This document shows, piece after piece, positions 38,536-49,400 of a stretch of DNA of 64,000 nucleotides; position 1 is the first letter of the stretch, and the number at the start of each line of letters is the position of its first letter. The stretch is taken from NCBI GenBank assembly GCA_045647745.1, contig JAZRMQ010000047.1:11766-75765 (forward strand), in the 5' to 3' direction. A model generated the notes under the pieces. The model saw only the letters and a list, made by a program, of their open reading frames with translations, was not told the DNA's origin and ran no database searches. The stretch is from Bacteroidaceae bacterium. Its GTDB lineage: Bacteria > Bacteroidota > Bacteroidia > Bacteroidales > Bacteroidaceae. Made by a program: the position numbers and the translations under genes.

Positions 38536-39969
38536 ATGAAGAAGATAATATATACACTGCTATCAATGTTCGCATTGCTGTTCACCGCAACGTCGTGCGA
38601 TGATTTTCTTGATATAACCCCCGACGGTCAGGCGAAACGCGATGAACTTTTAAAGACACAGCAAGGCATTGAAGATGCGTTGTATGGTGTCTATTCGCAA
38701 ATGCGTAGCCCATCGCTGTATGGTCAGGAACTCTATTTCTCAACACTTGAGATATTGTCACAAACAATGTGGTGTGATGACAAAGGAGAACTCTCTTCTA
38801 TGAGTGAATATAAATGGAGTGACACCGATGTGAAAAGCCGCTTCGAGAGCGTGTGGACAGCAATGTACAAAAATATCTCAAACGTGAACAGTGTGCTAAA
38901 CTCTCCGCTCATAGAAGGTGCTACCACATATCCCTACACGGTTTATCGTGGCGAGGCATTGGGATTGCGCGCTTTTATGCACTTTGACCTTGTGCGTCTT
39001 TTTGCCCAGCAGTATACTGTCAATCCTTCGGCAGACGGTATCCCTTATGCAACAGAGTTCTCGTTGAATACTCCCGCTTTTGAGAGCTTGGAAAAGAATT
39101 ACGAGCATATTCTCGACGACCTGCACGAGGCCGAGTTGTTGCTTGCCGATGAGGATGAATATGAGAATGAAAGAAACTTTATGCTCGACCGTCAGATACA
39201 CTTTAATCTGCGTGCGGTGCAAGCTACTTTAGCCCGTGTCTATTTGACAATGGGAGATTACACTAATGCGGCTCATTATGCATTGGCTGTGATAAATGAT
39301 GGCAAGTATACTTTGAAAGAAAAAACCGAGGTTGTTGATGACCTTGCCGGTGTTCTTTCAAAGAAAGAGACAATCTTTGGCATCTACCATTCGGGATTTT
39401 ATACAAATGTCAATGCAAAGTTGCAGCAGATAACATCATACTCCTCACTCTTTTTACGAGATGATTTTATGTCGTTGTATAAAAAAGATGCTTCGGGAAC
39501 CGATTATCGTATTATGGCCTATTTCACCGAGGTGAGTACGGGTAACGGCAAAAAATATCGTTTGAGTAAGTTTACCGATATTTACGAACTCAACAATAAT
39601 GTCTCTAATCGTCCTCAAGAACTTATTCTTGGCATAAATATGATACGTATCCCCGAGATGTATTATATTGCTTCCGAGGCTTTGCTCAATAGTGACTACG
39701 ACCAAGCTTTGTCTTTGTACAACACTGTTCGCACACATCGTGGGCTTGAGGAACTTGTTGACGGAGTGCTTACCATAGAACGAATAAATGATGAACGATA
39801 TAAGGAGATGATAGGTGAGGGACAGACGTATTTTAATATGAAACGCCAAAATCTCCCTATCGAGTCTTATAATAGCAGCGAGAGCAGTACAGAAAGAGTG
39901 TTTTATAAACCTTCAGATGGGATATACCAAATTCCAATCCCCGACGTAGAGAAGGAAAATCGTAATTAA
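38536..39969 (+). CDS. SusD/RagB family nutrient-binding outer membrane lipoprotein
   Basis: Lipobox FTATSCDDFLD, TPR-like body, immediately downstream of SusC. The track ORF starts at GTG 38527. Confidence 0.9.
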   Translation: MKKIIYTLLSMFALLFTATSCDDFLDITPDGQAKRDELLKTQQGIEDALYGVYSQMRSPSLYGQELYFSTLEILSQTMWCDDKGELSSMSEYKWSDTDVKSRFESVWTAMYKNISNVNSVLNSPLIEGATTYPYTVYRGEALGLRAFMHFDLVRLFAQQYTVNPSADGIPYATEFSLNTPAFESLEKNYEHILDDLHEAELLLADEDEYENERNFMLDRQIHFNLRAVQATLARVYLTMGDYTNAAHYALAVINDGKYTLKEKTEVVDDLAGVLSKKETIFGIYHSGFYTNVNAKLQQITSYSSLFLRDDFMSLYKKDASGTDYRIMAYFTEVSTGNGKKYRLSKFTDIYELNNNVSNRPQELILGINMIRIPEMYYIASEALLNSDYDQALSLYNTVRTHRGLEELVDGVLTIERINDERYKEMIGEGQTYFNMKRQNLPIESYNSSESSTERVFYKPSDGIYQIPIPDVEKENRN

Positions 39970-39984
39970 GAAACCGTTTAAGTT

Positions 39985-40809
39985 ATGACAATGAAGAATA
40001 TTATAAAACGGGCTGTTTGGGTAGTTGTGTTACTGGCAGTAACTCTGCTTGCCTCTTGTAACGATGAGAACTATTTGAAATTTGATATCTCGCAGTCGGG
40101 TATATATTTTACAAAGGATACACTAAATTACTCGTTCAGTGTTACTCCAATCGAAATACAAACCCACACTTATAATATACCGGTGAAGATAATGGGTGGT
40201 GTCAGCAAAACCAAACGTCCGTTGGGATATTATATTGACAGCGACTCGACAACAGCCGAGGAGAATGTGCATTTTTCCATAGGCGAGGCTTGTGTGTTGC
40301 CCGATTCGATAATGGGTTATATCCCGGTTACAATATATCGCGACAAGCTCGAGGGCTCTCATTCAACGGGCTACACCCAATATAAATTGTGCGTAAGGCT
40401 TGTGCAGAATGACCATTTTACACCTACACTTGACTCTTTGCATCAGGTGCGTGTGTTCCGTTTCGACAATTCGGTGAACCAGCCCGAGTGGTACGATGGC
40501 GATGGAAATAAGGTGTGGCCTGAGAAATATCTTGGCGAGTGGCATCCATTCAAGTTTATAAAAATGGTTGAGTACTTCCACGCAATAGAGGAAAAATACC
40601 CCGAGACGTACAAGGCTATGGTCAAGCTCTACGGCGAAAATCTGGAGCATATTGAGTATGGCGACCCTTATCAATATCGCACCATCTTTAGAAAGTGTAT
40701 ATATGCCGAGATGTATAACTATTTCAACAATCCGGATAACAGGGATTACATTTTGTCGCAGTTTCCCAAATTTCCCTTTGATTTTCCCGACCCGGACACT
40801 GTAAAATAA
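39985..40809 (+). CDS. DUF4843-type lipoprotein
   Basis: Lipobox LLASCNDE. Size and position (third gene after SusC/SusD) fit. Family assignment is from recollection of the cassette. Confidence 0.6.
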   Translation: MTMKNIIKRAVWVVVLLAVTLLASCNDENYLKFDISQSGIYFTKDTLNYSFSVTPIEIQTHTYNIPVKIMGGVSKTKRPLGYYIDSDSTTAEENVHFSIGEACVLPDSIMGYIPVTIYRDKLEGSHSTGYTQYKLCVRLVQNDHFTPTLDSLHQVRVFRFDNSVNQPEWYDGDGNKVWPEKYLGEWHPFKFIKMVEYFHAIEEKYPETYKAMVKLYGENLEHIEYGDPYQYRTIFRKCIYAEMYNYFNNPDNRDYILSQFPKFPFDFPDPDTVK

Positions 40810-40847
40810 ATAAGTGTTGTTTGATTATCAAATATATATAAGCAAAT

Positions 40848-42371
40848 ATGAAATCCTTAAAATATTTTTTGCTACTACTCACTTTTCCGTTGCTTGTCGC
40901 TTGTTTCGAGGATAAGACAACTGCTGCCGATAAACCTTTGTCAAACATAACAATAGAGCACGGGATTGACACACTCTACAATATATATAAATTTGACACG
41001 CTTGTCATAGAGCCCGTTATTACTCAGGATTATATGGATAAGCCTCTTTCATACACTTGGGAAATAAATCTCGAACCCTATTCACACGATGAGGTTTTTG
41101 AGTATGTGGGCAAGGAACTGGGAAAGTTTAACTGTCGATTGATTGTGGAGAATGAGGATGGCAAAACTTTCTTCCCGTTTGTTTTGTACGTAAATTCTGA
41201 TTATGAGTATGGAATTACAGTGCTTAGCCAAGATGCTGAGGGTAACTCAATGCTGTCATTTATGCAAGAGCCAATGAGTGATGGTGCTGTTGCAAAGTTT
41301 ACTGAATATGATTGCTTTACCCGCAATAACCCCGAGGAAGATTTTGCTGCCGGTGCAATAGATATTGTTCAGTGTTCCGGTCGTCTCATAATCGCTTGTC
41401 AAGGCGGTGGAAGCAGGGGGGATGCCCCAACCATCTACTATCTTAATGAAAAGACAATGGTTGTGGAAAATATGTTTACCGTTCCGGAGTACGATGATTT
41501 TAAACCCACAATCCTTGGTGTCCCCTCGATAAGCCCGGAAGGTGCGGTCTATCCGATATTGTGCGAAAATGGCAAGATTTATGATTTTTCTGTAAACGAG
41601 GGTGTTGTCTCAAAACCGGTGCTGTTTAAAAATACCTATTCGCAGAGTTGTTTGGTTGATGTAACCAGCACCTATTATGATATTCTTTTCTTTGACAAGG
41701 ATAATAAGGGATTAAGTCTTGTCAGCACAGGCTATGGTCCATACTATTGTGGCGAGACACCTAATCTGGAGCTCGATAATCCTCTCTTTGAAACGGAAAA
41801 TCATTTTGCCGGGAGAGATTTGGTTGCAATGGTTAAAATCAGAATGACCCCGGCGCAGAGAAGGAGTGTGGGGCATCAAGAGTTTTTGGCAATGAGCACA
41901 CTTGCTGAAACTCCGGGAGACTCAACGCGTGTCGAGGTGCTTTATTCCGATTTTTGGAAATACGATTATGTAAATAACAAATCAAGTTTTTATACAGCCT
42001 ATCAGCAGTATGCCAATATAGATATGGCGAGTTGCCCAATAACAATTTCCACTCCTTGCATTGCCAATAGAAAATATTATACATTGTTCTTTGCCAAAGG
42101 ACGCAATATTCATCGTTGGAATTATACAACTTCTGATATTGCAGAGCTGGAAAAAGAGCCGGCGTGGGTTCGTGTGGGTAGTCCTCTTGCGCAGATTACC
42201 GGTTTTGAAATGAGCGAAGACCTAAAGAAAACTTATGTCTCGTTTTATGAACCTCAAGTAAAGGGGCTGAACGGTAGTGTTTGGGTTTTTGATACCGAAA
42301 CGGGTAAGATTCTTGAGAGGTATAATAACTTCTGCTATCGTCCGGTAAAGATGTTCTACAAGAAGAGATAA
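40848..42371 (+). CDS. PKD-like family lipoprotein (Ig-like N-terminus plus propeller-like body)
   Basis: Lipobox LLVACFED. 507 aa, fourth gene of the cassette. Family assignment is tentative. Confidence 0.55.
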   Translation: MKSLKYFLLLLTFPLLVACFEDKTTAADKPLSNITIEHGIDTLYNIYKFDTLVIEPVITQDYMDKPLSYTWEINLEPYSHDEVFEYVGKELGKFNCRLIVENEDGKTFFPFVLYVNSDYEYGITVLSQDAEGNSMLSFMQEPMSDGAVAKFTEYDCFTRNNPEEDFAAGAIDIVQCSGRLIIACQGGGSRGDAPTIYYLNEKTMVVENMFTVPEYDDFKPTILGVPSISPEGAVYPILCENGKIYDFSVNEGVVSKPVLFKNTYSQSCLVDVTSTYYDILFFDKDNKGLSLVSTGYGPYYCGETPNLELDNPLFETENHFAGRDLVAMVKIRMTPAQRRSVGHQEFLAMSTLAETPGDSTRVEVLYSDFWKYDYVNNKSSFYTAYQQYANIDMASCPITISTPCIANRKYYTLFFAKGRNIHRWNYTTSDIAELEKEPAWVRVGSPLAQITGFEMSEDLKKTYVSFYEPQVKGLNGSVWVFDTETGKILERYNNFCYRPVKMFYKKR

Positions 42372-42372
42372 T

Positions 42373-42409
42373 AAAAAATTGGGTTGACTGAACGTCAACC
42401 CAATTTTTT
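42373..42409. terminator. Bidirectional intrinsic terminator
   Basis: AAAAAATTGGGTTGAC-tgaac-GTCAACCCAATTTTTT lies between the convergent operons. Confidence 0.9.
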
Positions 42410-42410
42410 A

Positions 42411-44915
42411 TCAATCATTATTCATCTCTTTTATATCTACCTCGCTCTCTTTTGCTTCGCCAAGCAGGTGTTTGCTAAAGAAATCGGCCATTTTCCAGAA
42501 GAAGTACTCGTCTTTGGTCTCGAAGCTGTGTCTATCGCCCGGGAGAATAAGCATCTCAAAGCGCTTGTTTGCGCGAATGAGTGCATCTACCACGCGTGTG
42601 GTGTTTGCCGGGTGCACATTGTTGTCCATATCTCCGGTAACGAGCAGCAGATGCCCTTTGAGGCGTCCGGCCAGCTCTTGGTTGGTGCTGATATTATATG
42701 AGAATGTTGTGTCACACTCCAAAATGCCGTCTTTGTTCTTCTTCTCTTTGATATTCTCCTTTATGCCGTGGTGTTTCTCGCTCCACCAGTTGTTGTAGAT
42801 GCGGTTGTCGTGATTGCCTGCGCACGAAACGGCTACTTTAAAGAAGTCGTTGTATGTGAGAATGGCTGCAGTTGACATAAAGCCTCCGCCCGAGTGTCCG
42901 TGAATTCCTATATTGTTGCCGTCGATGAATTTGTGACGTGCAATGAGCTGTTGTGCAGCAACCTTTTTGTCGGCAAGGCCGTAGTCGCGCAGGTTGCCGT
43001 AGCCAAAATTGTGATACCACTTTGAGCGGTTGGGGTGTCCGCCGCGGTTACCCATTGTGACGACGATAAATCCCATCTGTGCAAGGCGGTCGATGCGGTT
43101 CATACCACTTGACCAACTTTCATTGACAGCCTCGGTCTGTGGCCCGGGGTATACATATTCTATAAGGGGATAGCACTTTGTCGAGTCAAAGTCGAAGGGC
43201 TTGTACATTACTCCGTACAGGTCGGTGATGCCATCGGCTGCCTTAACGGTAAAGCGCTCGGGAAATTTATAGCCGGCGGCAAAGAGTTGCGACAGGTCGG
43301 CAGTGCCAAGCTCTACGCTCTTTTTGCCTCGTTTGTTATAGACGTAATTGACGGGGGTGGTGTCTACGCGTGATGCTGTAACAACAAAAGCCTCGCCATT
43401 CTCGGCAACAGAGTAGTTGCTTATGTTCATATCGCTCTCGTCAATCTGTCTCAACCCGCTACCATCGAAATTTACGCTGTAAAGGTGCATATAGTAGGGA
43501 TTCTCGTTCTTGTTGTAGCCGCAGGCGGTGAAGTAGATTTTCTTCTCCTTTTCGTTGACAGCCACAACATCTTCTACGTGATAAGCACCTTTGGTTATTG
43601 GGTTCACAAGTGTGCCATCGGCGTTGTAGAGGTAGAGCATAGCCCAACCGGTGCGCTCCGACCATTGAATAAACTGCTTGCCGTTGTTTATTAGGCGTAT
43701 CTGTTTGCTCTCGATGCTTGTGCTCATCTCTTCGCGCACAAGGGCTATTGCGCTATCGCTCTCCACTGATACGTAGCACACCTCAATCTTTTTCATATCG
43801 CGGCTAATGCGCTCAAAGTAAAAGCCTTTCTCGTCGCCAAGCCAAACGCTTTTGTGTGGCGCATCGTATGCCGTTGCGTGCGTGCCCGGCTTACGGAAAA
43901 GCCCTAATCGTTGTTGCTTGAACTGCGAAACATTAATAATCTTGCTACTTTTGTTCTCAAAGTCAAAGAGCTCCATTGTTGTCACCGGAGTCTCTTCGCC
44001 CGGCATCTGATAGTAGTAGGTCTCCAGCTTGGGACGTGGGCTGCTCAATGAATTGATAACCCACATTTTTGATAGAATGGAGTCGGCGCGGTGTGTCATT
44101 ACAAAGTGACGCGAGTCGGGGCTCCAGAGGGCGTACACGCGGTGACGCTTGGTGCTGTCGGGCTTTTCGTCGAGCGAGTGATGGGCGTAGCACCAGTTGG
44201 GGCGCCCATTGAATGTGAGCTGATACTCGGTAATAGTGCTGTCCTTGTCCCAATATCTTAGCTTGTCAAGGTCCTCGCGCGACATATACCAAAGATTGTA
44301 GTTCTTCTCGTATATTGCATATTTGCCATCGGGTGAGACGTTTGCCCAATCGGGGTATTTGGGATAAAGGTCCTCAATCTCATCCTTTGTTCGCTCAATA
44401 AGTTCGTGACTCTTTATATCATACTCAAAGTAAAAGGTCTTACTCTCTTTTTTGCCCTCGTTCCCTTTGATTTTTGTGCTGTCGTTACGCTCGTGGCGTG
44501 GTAGCTGTTTAGGCACCTCGAGCTTTGATGCTATATCAAAACGAACGTAGCGGCTATCGCGTATGCGGCGGTTGATGCTTATGGGCAGGTGTTCGGCATC
44601 ATACGGGTCCTGTGTGCGCAGTGTAAGCTCTTTTGCCAACCACTCCATATCCCAAAGCTCTTTTTTAGTGCCTTTTACTGCATCGACAAGGTAGAACTTT
44701 TTTCCATCAGTATCGCTCCACGAATAGATGAACTGCTTGCCGTCGGCAAACCACACAGGCTGTACCCTTGTCTGCTTTACCATACGCGAGATTTTTTTTG
44801 GTGAAAAGCGTTCTGCAAGCGCGTAATTGGGGCGTACGCGGTTCTCCTCTTGTGCTTTTAGTGTGGTTGTTATCAGTAGCGCGGGGAGAACCAATAGTAA
44901 TAGTGCTTTTTTCAT
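42411..44915 (-). CDS. S9 family serine peptidase (DPP-IV / prolyl oligopeptidase type)
   Basis: 834 aa. Signal peptide, N-terminal propeller region, alpha/beta hydrolase with GIHGHSGGGFMS; Asp in GDMDNNV and His in PGDRHSF. Confidence 0.88.
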   Translation of the reverse strand: MKKALLLLVLPALLITTTLKAQEENRVRPNYALAERFSPKKISRMVKQTRVQPVWFADGKQFIYSWSDTDGKKFYLVDAVKGTKKELWDMEWLAKELTLRTQDPYDAEHLPISINRRIRDSRYVRFDIASKLEVPKQLPRHERNDSTKIKGNEGKKESKTFYFEYDIKSHELIERTKDEIEDLYPKYPDWANVSPDGKYAIYEKNYNLWYMSREDLDKLRYWDKDSTITEYQLTFNGRPNWCYAHHSLDEKPDSTKRHRVYALWSPDSRHFVMTHRADSILSKMWVINSLSSPRPKLETYYYQMPGEETPVTTMELFDFENKSSKIINVSQFKQQRLGLFRKPGTHATAYDAPHKSVWLGDEKGFYFERISRDMKKIEVCYVSVESDSAIALVREEMSTSIESKQIRLINNGKQFIQWSERTGWAMLYLYNADGTLVNPITKGAYHVEDVVAVNEKEKKIYFTACGYNKNENPYYMHLYSVNFDGSGLRQIDESDMNISNYSVAENGEAFVVTASRVDTTPVNYVYNKRGKKSVELGTADLSQLFAAGYKFPERFTVKAADGITDLYGVMYKPFDFDSTKCYPLIEYVYPGPQTEAVNESWSSGMNRIDRLAQMGFIVVTMGNRGGHPNRSKWYHNFGYGNLRDYGLADKKVAAQQLIARHKFIDGNNIGIHGHSGGGFMSTAAILTYNDFFKVAVSCAGNHDNRIYNNWWSEKHHGIKENIKEKKNKDGILECDTTFSYNISTNQELAGRLKGHLLLVTGDMDNNVHPANTTRVVDALIRANKRFEMLILPGDRHSFETKDEYFFWKMADFFSKHLLGEAKESEVDIKEMNND

Positions 44916-44917
44916 TG

Positions 44918-46183
44918 TTATTTTGTGTTATCGTTGTTTTTCTTGGTTAGGTGCAGTGAGTCGAGTATTTTTCTGAACCCTCGACGCTGGTTTATATCAA
45001 TCTTGGCAATGCCTCCGGCAGAGGTCTCTTTGTAGAGGCTTGGCAGGTCGTGCCCGGTCTCTTTCATAACCTCGACAATGCGGTCATAATCAATCTTGTG
45101 CTTGCCGTCGGAGAGTGCTGCGTATGTGCAAGCGTCAAGCGCACGCGAGGCGGCGATGGCATTGCGCTCTATACAGGGCACTTGTACAAGGCCACAAAGA
45201 GGGTCGCAGGTTAGTCCCAAATGGTGCTCAAGTCCCATCTCGGCAGCGTATTCTATCTGGTTGATAGTGCCACCGAACAGCTGGCAGGCTGCTGCCGCCG
45301 CCATAGCACAGGCAACGCCAATCTCGCCCTGACAGCCTACGTCGGCTCCCGAGATTGATGCGTGCTCCTTCGCTACATTGCCAAAGAGTCCGGCAGTGGC
45401 AAGGGCGTGTAGGATACGTGTGTCGGAGTAGTCGTGTGCTGTTGACAGGTGGTAGAGCACGGCTGGCAACACTCCGCTCGAACCACACGTGGGGGTAGTG
45501 ACAATGGTGCTACCACTGGCGTTCTCTTCGCTAGTGGCAAGAGCGTATGCATATAGCTTTGCCTTGCTGCTCACTGCAGCATTGTACGACATTGATTTGT
45601 TCAGATAGGTATTTGCTTTTCGCTGTATACCGAGCCCGCCGGGCAACACTCCCTCATTTTCAAGGCCGCGTTTGATGGTTTGTTGCATCGTCGCCCACAC
45701 CTCGCCAAGATAGTCCCAAATATTCGGGCCCTCATACTTCTCGACATATTCCCAAAAAGAGCAGCCCGTCTCATCGCACCAGTCCATAATCTCGTGTATG
45801 GTGGTTAGCGGGTAGATATCCTCCTCGTTTTTTGTGGTCTCCTCGTTGGCAAGCTCGCCACCGCCAATGCTGTATATTCTCCAACTGTCAATAACCTTAT
45901 CATTTTTTATTCCCTCGAACAACATTCCATTGGGGTGGAACGGCAAAAAGGTCTCAGGTTTCCACACGAGCTCCAATTTTGCTATTGGCTCAAGGACTGT
46001 TATTATGGCTTTGTCGGTCATATGCCCCTCGCCTGTGGCGGCAAGGCTACCAAATAAAGTTACACGATAGGTGTCGACATTGGGGCAACGCTCGGCAAAT
46101 ATTTTTGCAGCGCGATTAGGGCCCATCGTGTGGCTGCTCGAAGGGCCAAGGCCTATTCTGAAAAGTGAGCGTAGTGATTTCAT
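44918..46183 (-). CDS. sdaA: L-serine ammonia-lyase (iron-sulfur dependent, single chain)
   Basis: N-terminus LFRIGLGPSSSHTMGP and C-terminal half with TCGSSGV...ISGADVGCQGEIGVA. Stop is 2 nt before the S9 ATG. Confidence 0.92.
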   Translation of the reverse strand: MKSLRSLFRIGLGPSSSHTMGPNRAAKIFAERCPNVDTYRVTLFGSLAATGEGHMTDKAIITVLEPIAKLELVWKPETFLPFHPNGMLFEGIKNDKVIDSWRIYSIGGGELANEETTKNEEDIYPLTTIHEIMDWCDETGCSFWEYVEKYEGPNIWDYLGEVWATMQQTIKRGLENEGVLPGGLGIQRKANTYLNKSMSYNAAVSSKAKLYAYALATSEENASGSTIVTTPTCGSSGVLPAVLYHLSTAHDYSDTRILHALATAGLFGNVAKEHASISGADVGCQGEIGVACAMAAAAACQLFGGTINQIEYAAEMGLEHHLGLTCDPLCGLVQVPCIERNAIAASRALDACTYAALSDGKHKIDYDRIVEVMKETGHDLPSLYKETSAGGIAKIDINQRRGFRKILDSLHLTKKNNDNTK

Positions 46184-46467
46184 ATATCTATTTTCTTTTT
46201 TCGTACCTGCCTTTTAGGGCGCAATAATCAGTTATATGTTTGACTTGCGAATATAATATTTAATTTGAAAAATTGCTGCTTTATACAGCAAGAAATTGCT
46301 TTTACGTTATAGATGTTTTTAGTGATAAATATGTTTTTATTACAAAATTGTAATCATTTTTAAAAATCTTAATCTATTTAACAAAATTTATAAATATTAT
46401 TTGTGAAATGTTAATGCTATTTGCTAAAATTGCGTAAAGAAAAAACTATTGTAACGTAACTAATGCA

Positions 46468-49400
46468 ATGAAAAAACAACTAAGAACACTGCTACCGGTG
46501 ATGTTTTTTGCCGGAGCATTGCCCGGATATACTTTTGCGGCAAATCAAAATATTGCTGATACTGCTGTTGTTGAGCAGTTGCAGTATGACCCATATTTTG
46601 TTGAGCAGTTGCCGTTGAATGCACCCGATTGGATGCAGCGTATTGCAGCCAATCCATCGGGAGTGAATTTCAAAGAGATGCAGCGGCTTTACAACGAGTG
46701 GCGTGCCACCGATGACAATGTGCGAGTGAGAACTGTCGATAATAAGCAGGTAGTGAACTACTATCGTCGTTGGATGGCTGCCTATCGTGATTATGTAGCT
46801 CCCAACGGGAGTATAGAGTTGCCAACGATGGAGCAGTATGCTGCTCGTGTCGATTCAATGAACCGCAGAGTGGCTGCCACAGAGAATGCCGCCCAGCCAA
46901 TATGGCGTAATATTGGTCCTAATCGCACCTATTCCAATGAGAATGGTGAGCTTAAACGCAAGGATTCGCAAGTTTGTGTGTTCCGCATCGCTGTGGCGTT
47001 GAGCGACAGTGCGACGCTCTATTGTGGAACAGAGTCGGGTGTTGTGTTCAAGACTACCAATCACGGACAAAGTTGGCAGCCTTGTGCTCCGCAACATAAT
47101 TTTGGTGGCTCAATATTCAGCATTGCAGTGCACCCCACAGATAAGAACATCGTATATGTGGGTGGTGGCCCGTGGCTGTGGAAAAGCATTGATGGCGGTG
47201 AGAGTTGGAGCCGTTGCGGTGGCATAGATAATCGTGTCAATTCAATAAAGATTAATCCCGAGAATACTGATTATATCACAGCCTCGGTGGGTAGCAAGCA
47301 AGAGGGGTATTCTGGCAGCGGCTTTTTTATCTCCTCTGATGGTGGTGCTAATTTTTCCTGCACTCTGCGTGGAATATGCTTCGACCACGAGCTCCAGCCG
47401 GGCAACCCTGATAGAATATATCTTGTGCGACGCGAGAGCGCAGGTCCTTGGGCTGGTATCTATCTGTCAGAGAATGGTGGGGTGAGCTGGCAAGAGCTTA
47501 CATTGCCGGTGGAGAGTGTTATTTGCGGTCGTCTTGCGGTTAGCGAGGCTCCCGGCGGTGAGAATTATGTATATGCTCTTGTCACTAGTGATTCGTGGGG
47601 CTACGATGCCGGTCCGCAAGGGGGTAAGGGAACTCCTTATATTTTAATGTCAAAAGATGCCGGCACCAGTTGGGAAAATCAGACTGATAAGGGTGGTAAA
47701 TTTTATGATATAACTTTTTCACCCATTATGGACGAGACCGGTGGACAGGGGTTTTTTGATATGATGATTGGCGCTTCGGCAAAAAATCCTGCGTATGTGC
47801 TCTTTGGTCTCACCTCTCTCTATCGTTCGACCAAGGAGGGCGTGTGTAACTATCGTGACAATGCTATCGGTGGTTATCAGCGCAGCGATTGGATGCACTG
47901 CGATATTCAGGATATTGCCATTCATCCTTGTGGCGATACTTGGATTTGCAATGATGGCGGAATAAAGTATTCTCGCGATTTCTTTGAGACAAAGGGCGAG
48001 GATAGATACGATGGAATTTATGCTTCGGATTATCAAGGCCTAGGCGTTGGGTGGAACGAGGATGTGATGGCGGCCGGTCGTTGGCACAACGGGGATGTTG
48101 TGCACGCTGCTACCTATGGCGAGGGAAATTCTGTTCACGTAGGTGGAGTGGAGATTGCCACCGGCTATGTGATGAAGAGTAATCCGTGGAAAGTCTACTT
48201 CACAGATGCCTCCACACGTATTATGCCGCGCGAGATGGATGGTGAGATTGGCGAGGATTTTCGCACTTGGTTCAATGATAAAAAGCCCTATGAGGCCTTG
48301 CGCATCAATGGCGAGATTGCGACCGACCCTCGCTATGCTCTAAAGGTGTTTTTGCAAGATATGACCGATACGTGGGGCGGTTATCTCTCGTATGACGAGG
48401 GCGCTTCGTTTCAAAAGGTTTTTGATAGCGAAGGCGAGGATTTTTACAGCTATGAATTTGCGCGCTCTAACCCCGACAGAGTGTATATTGCCGGTTGCTG
48501 GAACCTTTGGCGTTCCGACGATGGTGGCCTCTCTTTTACCCTCTGCACGCAGCCCTTTCCCATTGTCGATGATTATGTTCACTATACAAAGGTTGTAGTC
48601 GACCCAAATGACGAAAATCATCTGCTGGTAATCTGCAACGACCGCAGTGGTGCTGTCAGTGAAAGCTTTGACGGCGGCGATAGCTGGTCGGCCTTTGACC
48701 TTGCAAATATTTCGGACAAGAGAGTGCATCAGATAATTCTTGTGGGCGATGAGTATAACAGTTGCTATGTTACAAGCTACGATGGCGCGAGTGTCTATTT
48801 TCGCGATAATACAATGAGCGAATTTATCGACTATTCAAGCGGACTAAATCCCGGAGCCCGAATTTCAAAGGTTGTTCCTTTCTACAAAAATGGCGTGTTG
48901 CGTATGGCTACCGACCAAGGATTATGGGAGGCTCCGCTCTATCATCGTGACTTTATTCCTGTGGCGCAGCCAATGGCACTAAATTTGGGGAGTGGCAATC
49001 TCACAGCCAACCCTCAAAAGAGTGTGCAGTTCGATAGCTACAGCATTGTACGTCAGGACGAGAATACCCGTTGGCAGTGGAGCTTTACACCGCAGCCACA
49101 ATATGTGAGTGATGCAACGGCGCGCAATCCTGTTGTTGTCTTTGGTAACCCGGGAAATTATGATGTTACGTTGACAGTAACAACTTCGGCAGGAACGGCA
49201 TCGCGTACGATAAAAAATATGATTACAATAGAGGGAGCAACCGCTGTCGATGAGGCTAAGGTGGGTGAGGTTGGCATTGAAAGAACTCTGCTTGCCATCG
49301 GTGAACCGCTTGTCGCGATAGTCACAGGGCTTGCAAGCGATGCACGCATCACAGTGCACAGCCTGAAGGGTGAACTTTTGCGCAGCGAGGAAATCTTGCC

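Noticed and set aside
46184-46467. A cobalamin or other riboswitch upstream of the propeller-TBDR operon, by analogy with BtuG/BtuB loci.
   Set aside because: The region is uniformly AT-rich, with no GC-rich helices or B12-box-like element.
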